The translations under genes and the position numbers were made by a program. The notes under the pieces are model-generated. The model made no database searches. It was not told the origin of the DNA and was given only the letters and a program-made list of their open reading frames with translations. Source: Bacillales bacterium UBA4691 (GTDB taxonomy: Bacteria; Bacillota_I; Bacilli_A; RFN20; CAG-826). From it: a DNA stretch of 64,000 bases. Shown here one piece after another: positions 47,022-57,324 of this stretch. Each line of letters begins with the position of its first letter. The stretch's first letter is position 1. The stretch lies in assembly GCA_002404865.1 (NCBI GenBank), contig DHKP01000028.1:34809-98808 (forward strand), in the 5' to 3' direction.

Positions 47022-48245
47022 ATGAAAAGCATTGCGAAACTTTTTCGAATTGGCTATGGGCCGAGCAGCTCCCATACCGTTGCTCCTTCGATTGCCGCCC
47101 GCTCTTTCAAAAAGAGAATCGTTTCTTTAAGCGGGAATCGCATTGACGTTACTCTCCATGGCTCCTTGGCGCTTACTGGCGAAGGGCATGGAACGAAAAA
47201 AGCCATTGAATGTGTCTTTTATCCAATTCCTGTTTCTTTTCACTATGCTTTAAAAGACGGCAGTCTCCCCAATTCTTTTGAATTTTCCTATTTCGATAAG
47301 GATAAGCTCCTTCTTACTTGCCATTACCGTAGCCTTGGGGGTGGAGAGCTATTTAGCGACGATGACGAGGCGGTGAATGAAAAAGACATCTACCCCTTTT
47401 CTTCTCTAGAAGAGATCAAAGCTTATATGGAGAAAGAAAATATTTCCTCTTTGAAAGGTTTTTGCCTCCGTTATGAAGAAAAAGACATTATGAATCGGCT
47501 TGAACGTGTTATTTCCACGATGTTTTCTTCCGTTGAAAAAGGATTAATGGAAGAAGGGACTTTGCCCGCTAACGGCAACCCACGCTTATTTTGGAAAAGA
47601 TGCGCAAAAGATATTTATAAAAAATCTTTGCAAATCGAAGATGAACAAGCCAAAAGAACAATGACAATGACCGCTTATGCTTATGCTGTAGCGGAAAGTA
47701 ACGCCTCCTTAGAAGAAGTTGTCACCGCCCCTACATGCGGAGCTAGCGGCGTGCTTGCCTCTGTTCTTTATTACGCTTATAAAAACGAAGGCATCGCGTT
47801 AACGAAAATCGTTGATTCATTGTTTGTCGCTGGAATATTAGGGAATGTCGTAAAGCAAAATGCCTCCATTGCCGGGGCAATCGGCGGCTGTCAAGCCGAG
47901 ATAGGGACTGCAACAAGTATCGCTAGCGCCGCTTGCAGCTTTCTCCATGGTCTTAGCTTCCGGCAAATCGAATATGCGGCAGAATGCGCGATGGAGCATT
48001 TCTTGGGACTATCTTGCGATTCGGTTGATGGCTATGTCATTATCCCTTGCATTGAGCGGAATGGAGTTGGGGCGTTACGCGCATATGACTGCTATCTATA
48101 TGCCCGCTATATTGAGCCAATCCGCGTTAATCAAGTGAGCTTTGACAATGTCGTTAAAGCGATGAAGATTACTGGCGAGGCGCTAAGCGAAGACATCAAA
48201 GAAACGGCGAATGGAGGACTAGCGAAAGTTTTGAAGAAAGGCTAG
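47022..48245 (+). CDS. sdaA: L-serine ammonia-lyase, iron-sulfur dependent, single-chain form
   Basis: FRIGYGPSSSHTV N-terminus and a C-terminal alpha-domain (TAPTCGASGV, CQAEIG). The start was set to MKSIAKLF after AAGGA. Confidence 0.85.
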   Translation: MKSIAKLFRIGYGPSSSHTVAPSIAARSFKKRIVSLSGNRIDVTLHGSLALTGEGHGTKKAIECVFYPIPVSFHYALKDGSLPNSFEFSYFDKDKLLLTCHYRSLGGGELFSDDDEAVNEKDIYPFSSLEEIKAYMEKENISSLKGFCLRYEEKDIMNRLERVISTMFSSVEKGLMEEGTLPANGNPRLFWKRCAKDIYKKSLQIEDEQAKRTMTMTAYAYAVAESNASLEEVVTAPTCGASGVLASVLYYAYKNEGIALTKIVDSLFVAGILGNVVKQNASIAGAIGGCQAEIGTATSIASAACSFLHGLSFRQIEYAAECAMEHFLGLSCDSVDGYVIIPCIERNGVGALRAYDCYLYARYIEPIRVNQVSFDNVVKAMKITGEALSEDIKETANGGLAKVLKKG

Positions 48246-48289
48246 CAATGTCCTTTTTCTAAGAGTAGGATAACGCCTAGAAAATTAAA

Positions 48290-48331
48290 AGCTGTTCGTT
48301 CCGCAGTAACCAGCTATAAAAAACAAGGAGG
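48290..48331 (+). promoter_or_regulatory. preQ1-I riboswitch (translational; the SD lies in the 3' tail)
   Basis: AGCUG-UUCGUUCCGCAGUAAC-CAGCU-AUAAAAAACAAGGAGG. The loop CGCAGUAAC and tail AAAACAAGG match preQ1-I aptamers as I recall them. It lies directly upstream of queT. Confidence 0.7.
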
Positions 48332-48337
48332 TCTACT

Positions 48338-48841
48338 ATGACCAAAAACATCACTACGCAAAAAATAGCCGTCAATGGGATCATTGCGGCTATTTATTTT
48401 GTTTTAACGCTTCTTTCCTATCCAATCGCGTTCGGCGAAATCAATTTCCGCATCAGCGAATTTCTCGTTCTTCTTTGCTTTTGGCGGCCTGATTTTGTGA
48501 TTGGGATAACCTTAGGGTGCTTTTTAAGCAACACTGTCTCAACATTAGGGCCCATTGATATGCTTTTTGGCACTTTGGCGACTTTCTTTTCGTGCCTTTT
48601 TGTCGCCTTTTCTCCTAAATTATTGGTCGCTACGATTTTCCCGATTGCGATTAACGCTTTTATTGTTGGGTTTGAACTAAATTATGTTTTGGGATTACCG
48701 TTTTGGGCAACGGCGGGATATGTCGCTATTGGGGAAGGCACTGTGATTCTAGTTTCCTATGCTTTGTGGATGATTTTATGGCGAAACAAGAGCTTTATGG
48801 CTTATTTATCCCCGAGTAGAAAAGAAGTCCCATCTTGGTAA
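48338..48841 (+). CDS. queT: Queuosine precursor transporter QueT
   Basis: 167 aa, 5 TM, with N-terminal IAVNGIIAAIYFVLTLL..INFRISEFLVLL. Found in a preQ1 riboswitch and tgt context. Confidence 0.8.
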   Translation: MTKNITTQKIAVNGIIAAIYFVLTLLSYPIAFGEINFRISEFLVLLCFWRPDFVIGITLGCFLSNTVSTLGPIDMLFGTLATFFSCLFVAFSPKLLVATIFPIAINAFIVGFELNYVLGLPFWATAGYVAIGEGTVILVSYALWMILWRNKSFMAYLSPSRKEVPSW

Positions 48842-48885
48842 GACTAGGAGCGAAAATAAAAATCGTTATAATTAAAAACGATTGA

Positions 48886-50022
<1,137 letters not shown>

Positions 50023-50096
50023 CCTCTCTTTTTCAATCGTTTGTCAGGTTACTGCACTTTCCTTCCGTTGGTTATTTTTTTGTAAAAATAGAAAAA

Positions 50097-50128
50097 ATAT
50101 GCCTAATAGGAGAGTGAGGGCATATTTT
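50097..50128 (+). terminator. Possible tgt terminator
   Basis: ATATGCC-N15-GGCATAT followed by TTT. The loop is large. Confidence 0.45.
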
Positions 50129-50157
50129 GGAAAAGTCCTCTAAAAGAGGAGACAAGA

Positions 50158-50307
50158 ATGCAACAAGTACATGCGGAATATTTAATTTATCTAGAAGAAC
50201 GGGTCGATAGAAGAGTATATCGGATTTCTCTTCCTTCTTTAGTAGAAATTTGCCCGATTGAGAATTTAGGCAATGAGATTAAAAAAGACAAACAACGCGA
50301 AGCTTAA
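50158..50307 (+). CDS. Hypothetical small protein (49 aa)
   Basis: An AGAGGAG RBS lies 6 nt before the ATG. The product is MQQVHAEYLIYLEERVDRRVYRISLPSLVEICPIENLGNEIKKDKQREA. It has no recognisable family and falls below the ORF-track cutoff. Confidence 0.3.
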   Translation: MQQVHAEYLIYLEERVDRRVYRISLPSLVEICPIENLGNEIKKDKQREA

Positions 50308-50465
50308 CGAATCCAATAGAGGTTTGTCTAACCGCAAGAAAAGAAAGATTTCATGGATGCCAATTCAAAATCGGAAGATTAACGAAAAATCGCGATAAGT
50401 TTGCTTTCAATAAGAAAGGCTCCTCGCTATAATCGAGGGGTAAATAGGAAAGGCAACAAAACAAA

Positions 50466-51173
50466 ATGATTAAATTAGTCTTGATTAGACACGGTCAAAG
50501 CGAATGGAACCTTAAGAATCTTTTCACTGGCTGGACTGATGTCGAATTATCCCCAAACGGTGTTAAGGAAGCTCATGATGCTGGTAAACTCCTTAAAGAA
50601 AAAGGATATACCTTTGACCTCGCTTTTAGCTCCGTTTTGAAAAGAGCGAATCACACGATGGATTTCGTTCTTGAAGAAATGGGCGAAAGCGATCTTCCAA
50701 AATTCTATAGCTGGCGTCTAAACGAAAGACACTATGGCGCCCTCCAAGGCCTTAACAAAGCTGATTCCGCAAAAAAATGGGGCGAAGAACAAGTCCATAT
50801 TTGGCGTAGAAGCGCCGATGTTCCACCTCTTGCTCTTACTAAAGATGACGAAAGATGGCCAGGCAACCAAGAAAAATATCAAGAGCTCATCAAAAAAGGC
50901 GAGATGACAATTGATGATTGCCCACTTACCGAGTGCTTAATCGACACAGCAAAACGTGTAAAACCATACTTCGATGAGAAGATTGCTCCAGAAATCAAAG
51001 CAGGGAAAAAAGTTCTTATTGCTGCGCATGGCAACTCTCTCCGCGCGATCGTTATGATGCTTGAGCATCTTACCCCAGAACAAATCATCTCCGTTGAAAT
51101 TCCAACTGGCAAGCCACTTGTTTATGAACTTGATGAGAATACCTTGAAAGTTCTTAACAAATATTATCTATAA
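50466..51173 (+). CDS. gpmA: 2,3-bisphosphoglycerate-dependent phosphoglycerate mutase
   Basis: [10 protein letters not shown] and AAHGNSLRA motifs. Confidence 0.93.
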   Translation: MIKLVLIRHGQSEWNLKNLFTGWTDVELSPNGVKEAHDAGKLLKEKGYTFDLAFSSVLKRANHTMDFVLEEMGESDLPKFYSWRLNERHYGALQGLNKADSAKKWGEEQVHIWRRSADVPPLALTKDDERWPGNQEKYQELIKKGEMTIDDCPLTECLIDTAKRVKPYFDEKIAPEIKAGKKVLIAAHGNSLRAIVMMLEHLTPEQIISVEIPTGKPLVYELDENTLKVLNKYYL

Positions 51174-51186
51174 GCGGCAATTGAAC

Positions 51187-51222
51187 GAAAAAGGGGCCTT
51201 CTTGAATGGAGGTCCCTTTTTT
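51187..51222. terminator. Bidirectional terminator between gpmA and the SOR gene
   Basis: AAAAGGGGCC-N12-GGTCCCTTTTTT. Confidence 0.7.
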
Positions 51223-51233
51223 GACGATTTCGA

Positions 51234-51608
51234 TTAGAATTCGGTTTTCCAAAGTCCGTGCAAGTTGCAATAAGCATAGACCGTGCCATGCTCATGATCT
51301 AAGAAATAGGCTTCAGGAGCCGCCCCGACTTTCAGATGTTTGACGGTCGTTGTTCCACAAGGCGCTTCAAATACGACAAAAGAGATGTGGTGCTCTTCTA
51401 GCATCGGGTGAGGGACGCTTCCGATCTTAACCAAAAGTTTGCCGTCTTGGTGTGTGACAGCGGGGACGTGTTTTTCTTTTGAGGCATCCACGGTATTCGG
51501 CTTTAACGCCACCATGGACTCGCCACAGCAACTTGGGGTACAAGACCCCTTTTCAACGCGGATGACAACATTTCCGCATTTTTCGCATTTCAAAAATTCG
51601 ACTGGCAT
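51234..51608 (-). CDS. dfx: Desulfoferrodoxin (2Fe superoxide reductase)
   Basis: The N-terminal desulforedoxin site is CEKCGN..CCGESM. Centre II has HPMLEEHHI and CNLHGLW. AGGAGG RBS lies before the ATG at 51608. Confidence 0.88.
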   Translation of the reverse strand: MPVEFLKCEKCGNVVIRVEKGSCTPSCCGESMVALKPNTVDASKEKHVPAVTHQDGKLLVKIGSVPHPMLEEHHISFVVFEAPCGTTTVKHLKVGAAPEAYFLDHEHGTVYAYCNLHGLWKTEF

Positions 51609-51693
51609 ATGCAATCCTCCTAAAGGCAATTATCGCACAGCCACCTTCTTAAAACAAAATTAACGCTTCAATCACGCAAGAGCCGATGATCGA

Positions 51694-52284
51694 TTAATTT
51701 TTGGTTTTCTTTTTGGACGCTAGTTGGAGAATTTCTTCTCTTTTGGCCTGGAATTCTTCTTCTGTAATCACACCCTGGTCTTTGAACTCTTGATAGGCGC
51801 GCAAGAGACTTATACGCTCATCGATGTCGCTTATGATTCCACTTTGAAATAAAAGCTCAACTATGCCATTGAGAATCAAATAAGCCGCATAAAGGAAAAG
51901 AGCGACAAAAAGGAAGATGGGGCCCAAACCCATTTTGAATGCGGTGGAAGCGGAAAGGTTGGTGGTTACGCTTAAATAGATAATTAGGCAGCTGATAGGA
52001 GCGGAAGCATATAGAGCATTCCCGATAAGAGCCTTTTTCTTATCCCCGAATAAAGCGAGAATAAAGCCGATCAAGAAGGAAATTAATAGGATTGAACCGC
52101 CGATTGTGCCTAAGACTCCTGCAAACGTGTTAAGAAGCTGGACCGTAGTTTGGCTGGAACCATAGCTCGAGCTATTTTGCCCCACATCCTGAATGGGGAA
52201 GAAAGTTGAGAGAAAAACCATAACAGCGCTTAAAACGAAAACGATTTTTGCTATCGACTTCAGAAGATTTTTTGTTTGAGTCAT
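51694..52284 (-). CDS. Membrane protein with a C-terminal SHOCT domain
   Basis: 4-5 TM segments, then ISLLRAYQEFKDQGVITEEEFQAKREEIL. Confidence 0.65.
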   Translation of the reverse strand: MTQTKNLLKSIAKIVFVLSAVMVFLSTFFPIQDVGQNSSSYGSSQTTVQLLNTFAGVLGTIGGSILLISFLIGFILALFGDKKKALIGNALYASAPISCLIIYLSVTTNLSASTAFKMGLGPIFLFVALFLYAAYLILNGIVELLFQSGIISDIDERISLLRAYQEFKDQGVITEEEFQAKREEILQLASKKKTKN

Positions 52285-52447
52285 ATTGGCCTCCTAATAT
52301 TTTTAATAATATTAAAATAATTTTTAGTTTTTTCAAAAAATAAGTTTATGCCTCATATTAAGATTTTATTTGGCATCTTATTTGCCAATTGCCGTTTTGA
52401 TCCGAATACTCTAATGAATCACTTTCCCTAAAGAGATAAGGGGATTT

Positions 52448-53680
52448 CTAAAAAGGGTGATCAAAATGAATGACGAAGCAATAGTGGTGTGTTCCGTCAT
52501 TGAAGGATTGATTTAAAGTATCAAGAATTTTCGCTTCGGAAAGAGTTTCATCAAACGGGGTTACGATATCGAAAATGATGTTCGTATTATCTTCTCCTTT
52601 GACTACGCGGAAATCATGAATGTTCATTTTGGGATCAAGGGAAGCAAGGATTTTTATTGTTTTTTCTTTTAAGGAATCCGTGAGAGGGTCGCCGATTGCG
52701 ATTGGATCCATGTGGATAGTGATCTCGCAGTGAAACTTCTTGCGGATTTCTTCTTCGATGGAATCAATAAGTTCATGCGCCGAAACGATATCCATTTTCT
52801 CATCGATTTCTGCATGGGCCGAAACGAAATATTTGGTTGGTCCATAGGAATGACAAAGCACATCGTGTACCCCTAAAATCAAGGGATGAGAAAGAACGTC
52901 ATCGACGATTTCTTTTTGAATGGCCTTATTATTGCTTTCCCCAATCAAGGGGTCTGCGGTTTCCTTCATCATCTTGATCCCACTATAGAAGACGAAAAGA
53001 CTAATCAATATCCCCATATAGCCATCAAGGAAATTCCATTTTAACGTCAAGGAGAGAATCCCTGAAATCATAATGAAGAAAGTTCCGAATGCGTCCGTTA
53101 AAGAATCTAGCGCCGTTGCTCTTAAAGCACGCGAAGAAATCGCCTTACCAATTTGGTAATTGAAATAGGATTGAATTCCTTTAACCAATACGGATATTGC
53201 AAGGATAATGATAGTAATTAGCTCATATTGAACGAGTTCACCCGTGATGACTTTTTCTAAAGAGCTGCGGAATAATTCAAAAGCGAGAACAACAACGATT
53301 GTGCTCACGATGAGACCAGCGATATATTCGATTCTTTCGTGGCCGAACGGATGCTCTTTATCCGCGGGTTTTGAGGCGGCTTTAAAGCCGATTAAAGTAA
53401 CCAAAGAGCTAGACATGTCGCTTAAGTTATTGATTGCATCCCCTAGTAGCGCCATCGGGAGGACGGATAAAATGCTCACTCTAGGATTATTGTTTGCGAT
53501 ATTAAAGGCTAGCAAAAAGGCGACCGTTAACTTTAAAGCGACGAGAATAAAGTTCGAGGCGATACCGAATATTGCGGCGAGGAATCCGTGTTTTGCCCTG
53601 ACGGTCTCGTCATTGACGTCTTGGTAATTTTTGATAAAGAGTTTTCTTAATAAAGTAACCATCCTCATAAGTGTAAGCAT
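52448..53680 (-). CDS. Cation diffusion facilitator family transporter
   Basis: KHGFLAAIFGIASNFIL, LGDAINNLSD and DSLTDAFG metal-site motifs, plus a C-terminal cytoplasmic domain. The exact start is uncertain. Confidence 0.85.
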   Translation of the reverse strand: MLTLMRMVTLLRKLFIKNYQDVNDETVRAKHGFLAAIFGIASNFILVALKLTVAFLLAFNIANNNPRVSILSVLPMALLGDAINNLSDMSSSLVTLIGFKAASKPADKEHPFGHERIEYIAGLIVSTIVVVLAFELFRSSLEKVITGELVQYELITIIILAISVLVKGIQSYFNYQIGKAISSRALRATALDSLTDAFGTFFIMISGILSLTLKWNFLDGYMGILISLFVFYSGIKMMKETADPLIGESNNKAIQKEIVDDVLSHPLILGVHDVLCHSYGPTKYFVSAHAEIDEKMDIVSAHELIDSIEEEIRKKFHCEITIHMDPIAIGDPLTDSLKEKTIKILASLDPKMNIHDFRVVKGEDNTNIIFDIVTPFDETLSEAKILDTLNQSFNDGTHHYCFVIHFDHPF

Positions 53681-53838
53681 CTATTGAAGATTTAGTAAAC
53701 GCTAATCGCTTTTTACTGATAAAGAGCTTAAGCAATTCGCTTTTTAAAGGACAAAGAAGAAAGCTAAAAATTGTTACACCTAGTAACAATAACTAAATAT
53801 ACTTGTTTTATGAAACCAAACAATCTATATTTATAAGT

Positions 53839-54504
53839 ATGAAACCCAGCGAAACTTCTTTGCCTAATTACACAAGAACCCAAGAAAAATGGAATTGCTA
53901 CACCCATTTAGGTGGCGTGGTATTTGCTCTAATCGGGGGGCCGTTTTTGATTGCTAAGGCTTTTTTGGGCGGGGACTATTACAAAATCTTCTCTTCGATC
54001 GTTTTTGTCGTTTCTCTCCTGATTCTTTATTCGGGCAGCGCTTTGTATCATGGCTGGAAGCCTAATAAGACAAAACGGGTTTTACGTGTTCTTGATCACA
54101 ATAATGTCTTCATTTTGATTATGGGGACTTATGCCCCATATTGCTTATCTGGCATTCGCCCATACAGTTTGCCATGGGCTTATTCGATTTTTGGCTTAGT
54201 TGTTGCTCTTGGCATGGTTGGGATTATTTTGAATTCCATTGATTTAGAGAAATTTAAAATCTTTTCCATGATTGATTACATTCTCATGGGGTGGACGGTT
54301 GCGATTAGTTTTACGCCTCTAGTCAAAGCGACGGGCATTGCTAGTTCTATGCTCTTGCTCGCTGGCGGAATCTCATACACGGTTGGCGCAGTTTTATATG
54401 TTTTGGGCAAAAAGAAGAGTCCGTGGTGGCATACTGTTTTTCACGTGTTTTGCTTATTAGGAACGAGCCTTATGTTTTTCTCGATTTATTTCTTTATCAT
54501 CTAA
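53839..54504 (+). CDS. Hemolysin III / PAQR family membrane protein
   Basis: 7-TM pattern with EKWNCYTHLGG, SALYH, LDHNNVFILI and WHTVFHVF. Confidence 0.8.
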   Translation: MKPSETSLPNYTRTQEKWNCYTHLGGVVFALIGGPFLIAKAFLGGDYYKIFSSIVFVVSLLILYSGSALYHGWKPNKTKRVLRVLDHNNVFILIMGTYAPYCLSGIRPYSLPWAYSIFGLVVALGMVGIILNSIDLEKFKIFSMIDYILMGWTVAISFTPLVKATGIASSMLLLAGGISYTVGAVLYVLGKKKSPWWHTVFHVFCLLGTSLMFFSIYFFII

Positions 54505-54558
54505 CTTTCTTGTTGATTGAAAATAATTTAAAATCTTTCAACGTATAGAAAATTAGCT

Positions 54559-55029
54559 ATGGCAAAAAGTAAAGAAAATTCCCTCCTTTTAGAAAATCGT
54601 CGTGCACGTTATGAATATTTTCTTAGCGATTTTTTGGTCGCTGGTTTGGTTTTGACGGGCACAGAGATTAAATCGCTCCGCCGCCACGACGCTGGGATAA
54701 GCGACGCTTATGTTTATACTAGGGGTGGCGAAGCTTTTATTGCCAACATGCATATTGCTTCTTATAAGGAAGGCAACCTTTTTAACGTTGACCATTTAAG
54801 AGATAGAAAACTGTTATTGAACAAAAAAGAAATTGTTAAGCTTTCGAATAGCCTAAAGACGGGTGGCTATACTTGCGTTCCGACCAAAGTCTTTTTGTCA
54901 CATGGGTATGCGAAAGTCGAGATTGCTCTTGCAAAGGGCAAAAAGCTGCACGATAAGCGTCAATCGATTAAGGAAAGAGATTTATCAAACAAGGCACGCG
55001 AGGCAAGAAAAGGGAATTACGAGGATTGA
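54559..55029 (+). CDS. smpB: SsrA-binding protein
   Basis: 156 aa with NRRARYEYF..GTEIKSLR..I.P.HI..Y...N....DHLRDRKLLL. Confidence 0.93.
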   Translation: MAKSKENSLLLENRRARYEYFLSDFLVAGLVLTGTEIKSLRRHDAGISDAYVYTRGGEAFIANMHIASYKEGNLFNVDHLRDRKLLLNKKEIVKLSNSLKTGGYTCVPTKVFLSHGYAKVEIALAKGKKLHDKRQSIKERDLSNKAREARKGNYED

Positions 55030-55031
55030 TT

Positions 55032-56270
55032 ATGCGGTATGAAGAAGTGATCCTTGCGTTAGAAAAACGCGATATGACGATGAATCGCTACGAACGAGAA
55101 GAGTGGGATAATTTCACTAAGAGAATCAATCTCTCGATTGCTTTCCCTTTCGTTCATATCGCTGGGAGCAACGGCAAAAGCTCTACCGCTTATTATTTAT
55201 ATAAGATGTATCGCGCAAAAGGCTACAAGGTTGCCTTATTTTCTAAGCCTTTCCTTTATAAGCCAAATGAAATGATTGTGGTAGACGATGCCCCGATTAG
55301 CGATGCGGATTTTGCACGTCTATATTCGCTTCATGAAAAAGAAATCGAAAGTGAAAACCTTTCCGCTTTCGAGATTGAGACCTATATTGCTTTTGCTTAT
55401 TTCAACGAGCAAAAACCTGACCTTGCCATTATTGAATGCGGAATGGGAGGGATGATAGATAGCACGAACATTCTTACCGCTAAGCCGTTATTGTCTATCA
55501 TTACGACCGTTAGTCTTGAGCATACTTCTTTTCTAGGGGTAAGCCTTTCAGAGATATCATCCCATAAGGCTGGTATTATTAAAGAAGGTTCGCCCGTCCT
55601 AGTGGGGAAATTAGAAGAAGAGGCGATGAAAAAAATAAGAGAAGTTGCTAGAGCCCTTAGTAGTGAGCTATTCCTTGTGGATGACTATCATCATGATCAC
55701 TATGAAGCCCCTTATTTCCATTTTTCCTATCGCCCTTATTTAGATTTGGCGCTTCTTACTCCTGCTAGCTATGAGCTTTCTAACGCTTCTATTGCTTTAG
55801 AAGCAACGAAAATACTCGCAAATCGCTATCCTCTTGATGAATTTTCCATTCGAAAAGGACTATTAGTAGAGCCATTGATGTGCCGCTATGAGAAGTGTCA
55901 TAACATTATTCTTGATGGAGCGCATAATCCTGAAGCAATCCGAGCTCTTATGACGACATTATCTCGCTCTAGCCTGAATAAAAGGATTCATGTTTTGTTC
56001 GCCTCTTTCCGCGATAAGAACATTGCCGTGGAGCTCCCTATTATCGCTAACGTTGCTAGTGACATCACGCTAACGACTTTTTCTCACCCGCGCGCACGTA
56101 CGGAAATGGATTATTTCCTTTTCTTAGAAGATCATCATTTTGTTGAGGATTACCGCGTCGCCCTCAATAATCTTATTGCGCAATATCCAGACGATATTAT
56201 CGTCGTGACAGGCTCTTTAGCATTTGCTTCCATCGTTAGAGATTATGTTAAAGAGGTGCTTAAATTATGA
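55032..56270 (+). CDS. folC: Folylpolyglutamate synthase / dihydrofolate synthase
   Basis: Mur-ligase P-loop HIAGSNGKSST, plus ECGMGG and LDGAHNPEA. Confidence 0.88.
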   Translation: MRYEEVILALEKRDMTMNRYEREEWDNFTKRINLSIAFPFVHIAGSNGKSSTAYYLYKMYRAKGYKVALFSKPFLYKPNEMIVVDDAPISDADFARLYSLHEKEIESENLSAFEIETYIAFAYFNEQKPDLAIIECGMGGMIDSTNILTAKPLLSIITTVSLEHTSFLGVSLSEISSHKAGIIKEGSPVLVGKLEEEAMKKIREVARALSSELFLVDDYHHDHYEAPYFHFSYRPYLDLALLTPASYELSNASIALEATKILANRYPLDEFSIRKGLLVEPLMCRYEKCHNIILDGAHNPEAIRALMTTLSRSSLNKRIHVLFASFRDKNIAVELPIIANVASDITLTTFSHPRARTEMDYFLFLEDHHFVEDYRVALNNLIAQYPDDIIVVTGSLAFASIVRDYVKEVLKL

Positions 56271-57067
56271 CGAAAACGTTATCCTCGATTCATAAAATCA
56301 CTTTATCCTCGATGCTTTTGGTTCTTAATGTTTTGGCGACTCGCTTTTTACGCACCCCCCTTATCGGGAATATGCATTTTATTCGAATTTCTTTAGGGCC
56401 CGCGATTGTCATCTTTTCTTCTTTGCTTCTTGGCCCTTTATATGGGGCGATTGTCGGTAGTGCTGGCGACATGGTGGGGCACTTTTTGTTTCCTGTAGGA
56501 GGGGAATTTAATCCTTTGATCACGATTGTTTATCTCCTATTAGGGATCATGCCTTGGTGTTTAATGCAATTTACTTCTCATTTCCGTGACACGTTAAAAA
56601 AGCCATATTTCTTTATTCTTACCATGACTTTGCTCTTGGCTTTGCTTGTGTGCTTTTTTTATGTCATTCCTGGCTTGAAAGAATACTTTGCGAAAGGGTT
56701 TGGCGATGGAGCCTATTGGATAGAACCTCTTATCATTGCTCTTACTGCTTTATTTACGGCCCTTGCTTGTGTTGGCTTATTTTATCTAAATCGTTACTTT
56801 GAAAAAAACAAGCAGCGATATTCTTCTTTCCCCTCTCCTTATGAGATGGCTTTGATTTGTCTTATCACGGAAATCGTTTTAATGGTGGGGCTAATGCCTC
56901 TCGCATTCTATATTTTCTACAATTTTATATCGCATGAATTCCCCGTAACTTATGGCACGTTATTATCGTGTATCAGCGTGTTTAGTGGCATCAAGGTTGT
57001 CTTAAATACTTTTGTTGTTTATTGGCTACTTGTTGTTACGAAAAAATATTTAATTAAAGGAGAATAA
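56267..57067 (+). CDS. folT: ECF transporter S component, probably folate-specific
   Basis: 6-TM protein that overlaps the folC stop by 4 nt. The assignment rests on context and topology. Confidence 0.6.
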   Translation: MTKTLSSIHKITLSSMLLVLNVLATRFLRTPLIGNMHFIRISLGPAIVIFSSLLLGPLYGAIVGSAGDMVGHFLFPVGGEFNPLITIVYLLLGIMPWCLMQFTSHFRDTLKKPYFFILTMTLLLALLVCFFYVIPGLKEYFAKGFGDGAYWIEPLIIALTALFTALACVGLFYLNRYFEKNKQRYSSFPSPYEMALICLITEIVLMVGLMPLAFYIFYNFISHEFPVTYGTLLSCISVFSGIKVVLNTFVVYWLLVVTKKYLIKGE

Positions 57068-57079
57068 CATTGAGGGTCT

Positions 57080-57241
57080 ATGCTAGAAGAAGAGAAAAAT
57101 GCTGACAAGGGTTTAGAAGAAGAAAACGAAGAAGATTCTTCATCTTTCAAGGGAAGAATCATTTGGATTCTGTTTTTTGCGGTTTTGGTAGCGCTCGCGA
57201 TTGCGTGCGTTGTTGTGATTAAGGCACTCGACCAAAATTAA
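57080..57241 (+). CDS. Hypothetical small tail-anchored membrane protein (53 aa)
   Basis: MLEEEKNADKGLEEENEEDSSSFKGRIIWILFFAVLVALAIACVVVIKALDQN. An acidic head is followed by one TM segment. The GAGGG RBS is very close to the ATG. Confidence 0.35.
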   Translation: MLEEEKNADKGLEEENEEDSSSFKGRIIWILFFAVLVALAIACVVVIKALDQN

Positions 57242-57324
57242 AACAAAAATTTATTAAAAATTCTTTTCATAGACCCAAAGCAACGATAATGTTAGATTAA
57301 TTGAAAATTAGTGAGGAGTTAGGG

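Noticed and set aside
48258-48286. Second (tandem) preQ1 aptamer upstream of the main one (TTCTA...TAGAA hairpin)
   Set aside because: It has only a 5-bp stem, and neither the loop nor the tail matches conserved preQ1-I positions.
56200-56290. THF riboswitch in front of folT
   Set aside because: folT overlaps the folC stop codon, so there is no leader to hold an aptamer.
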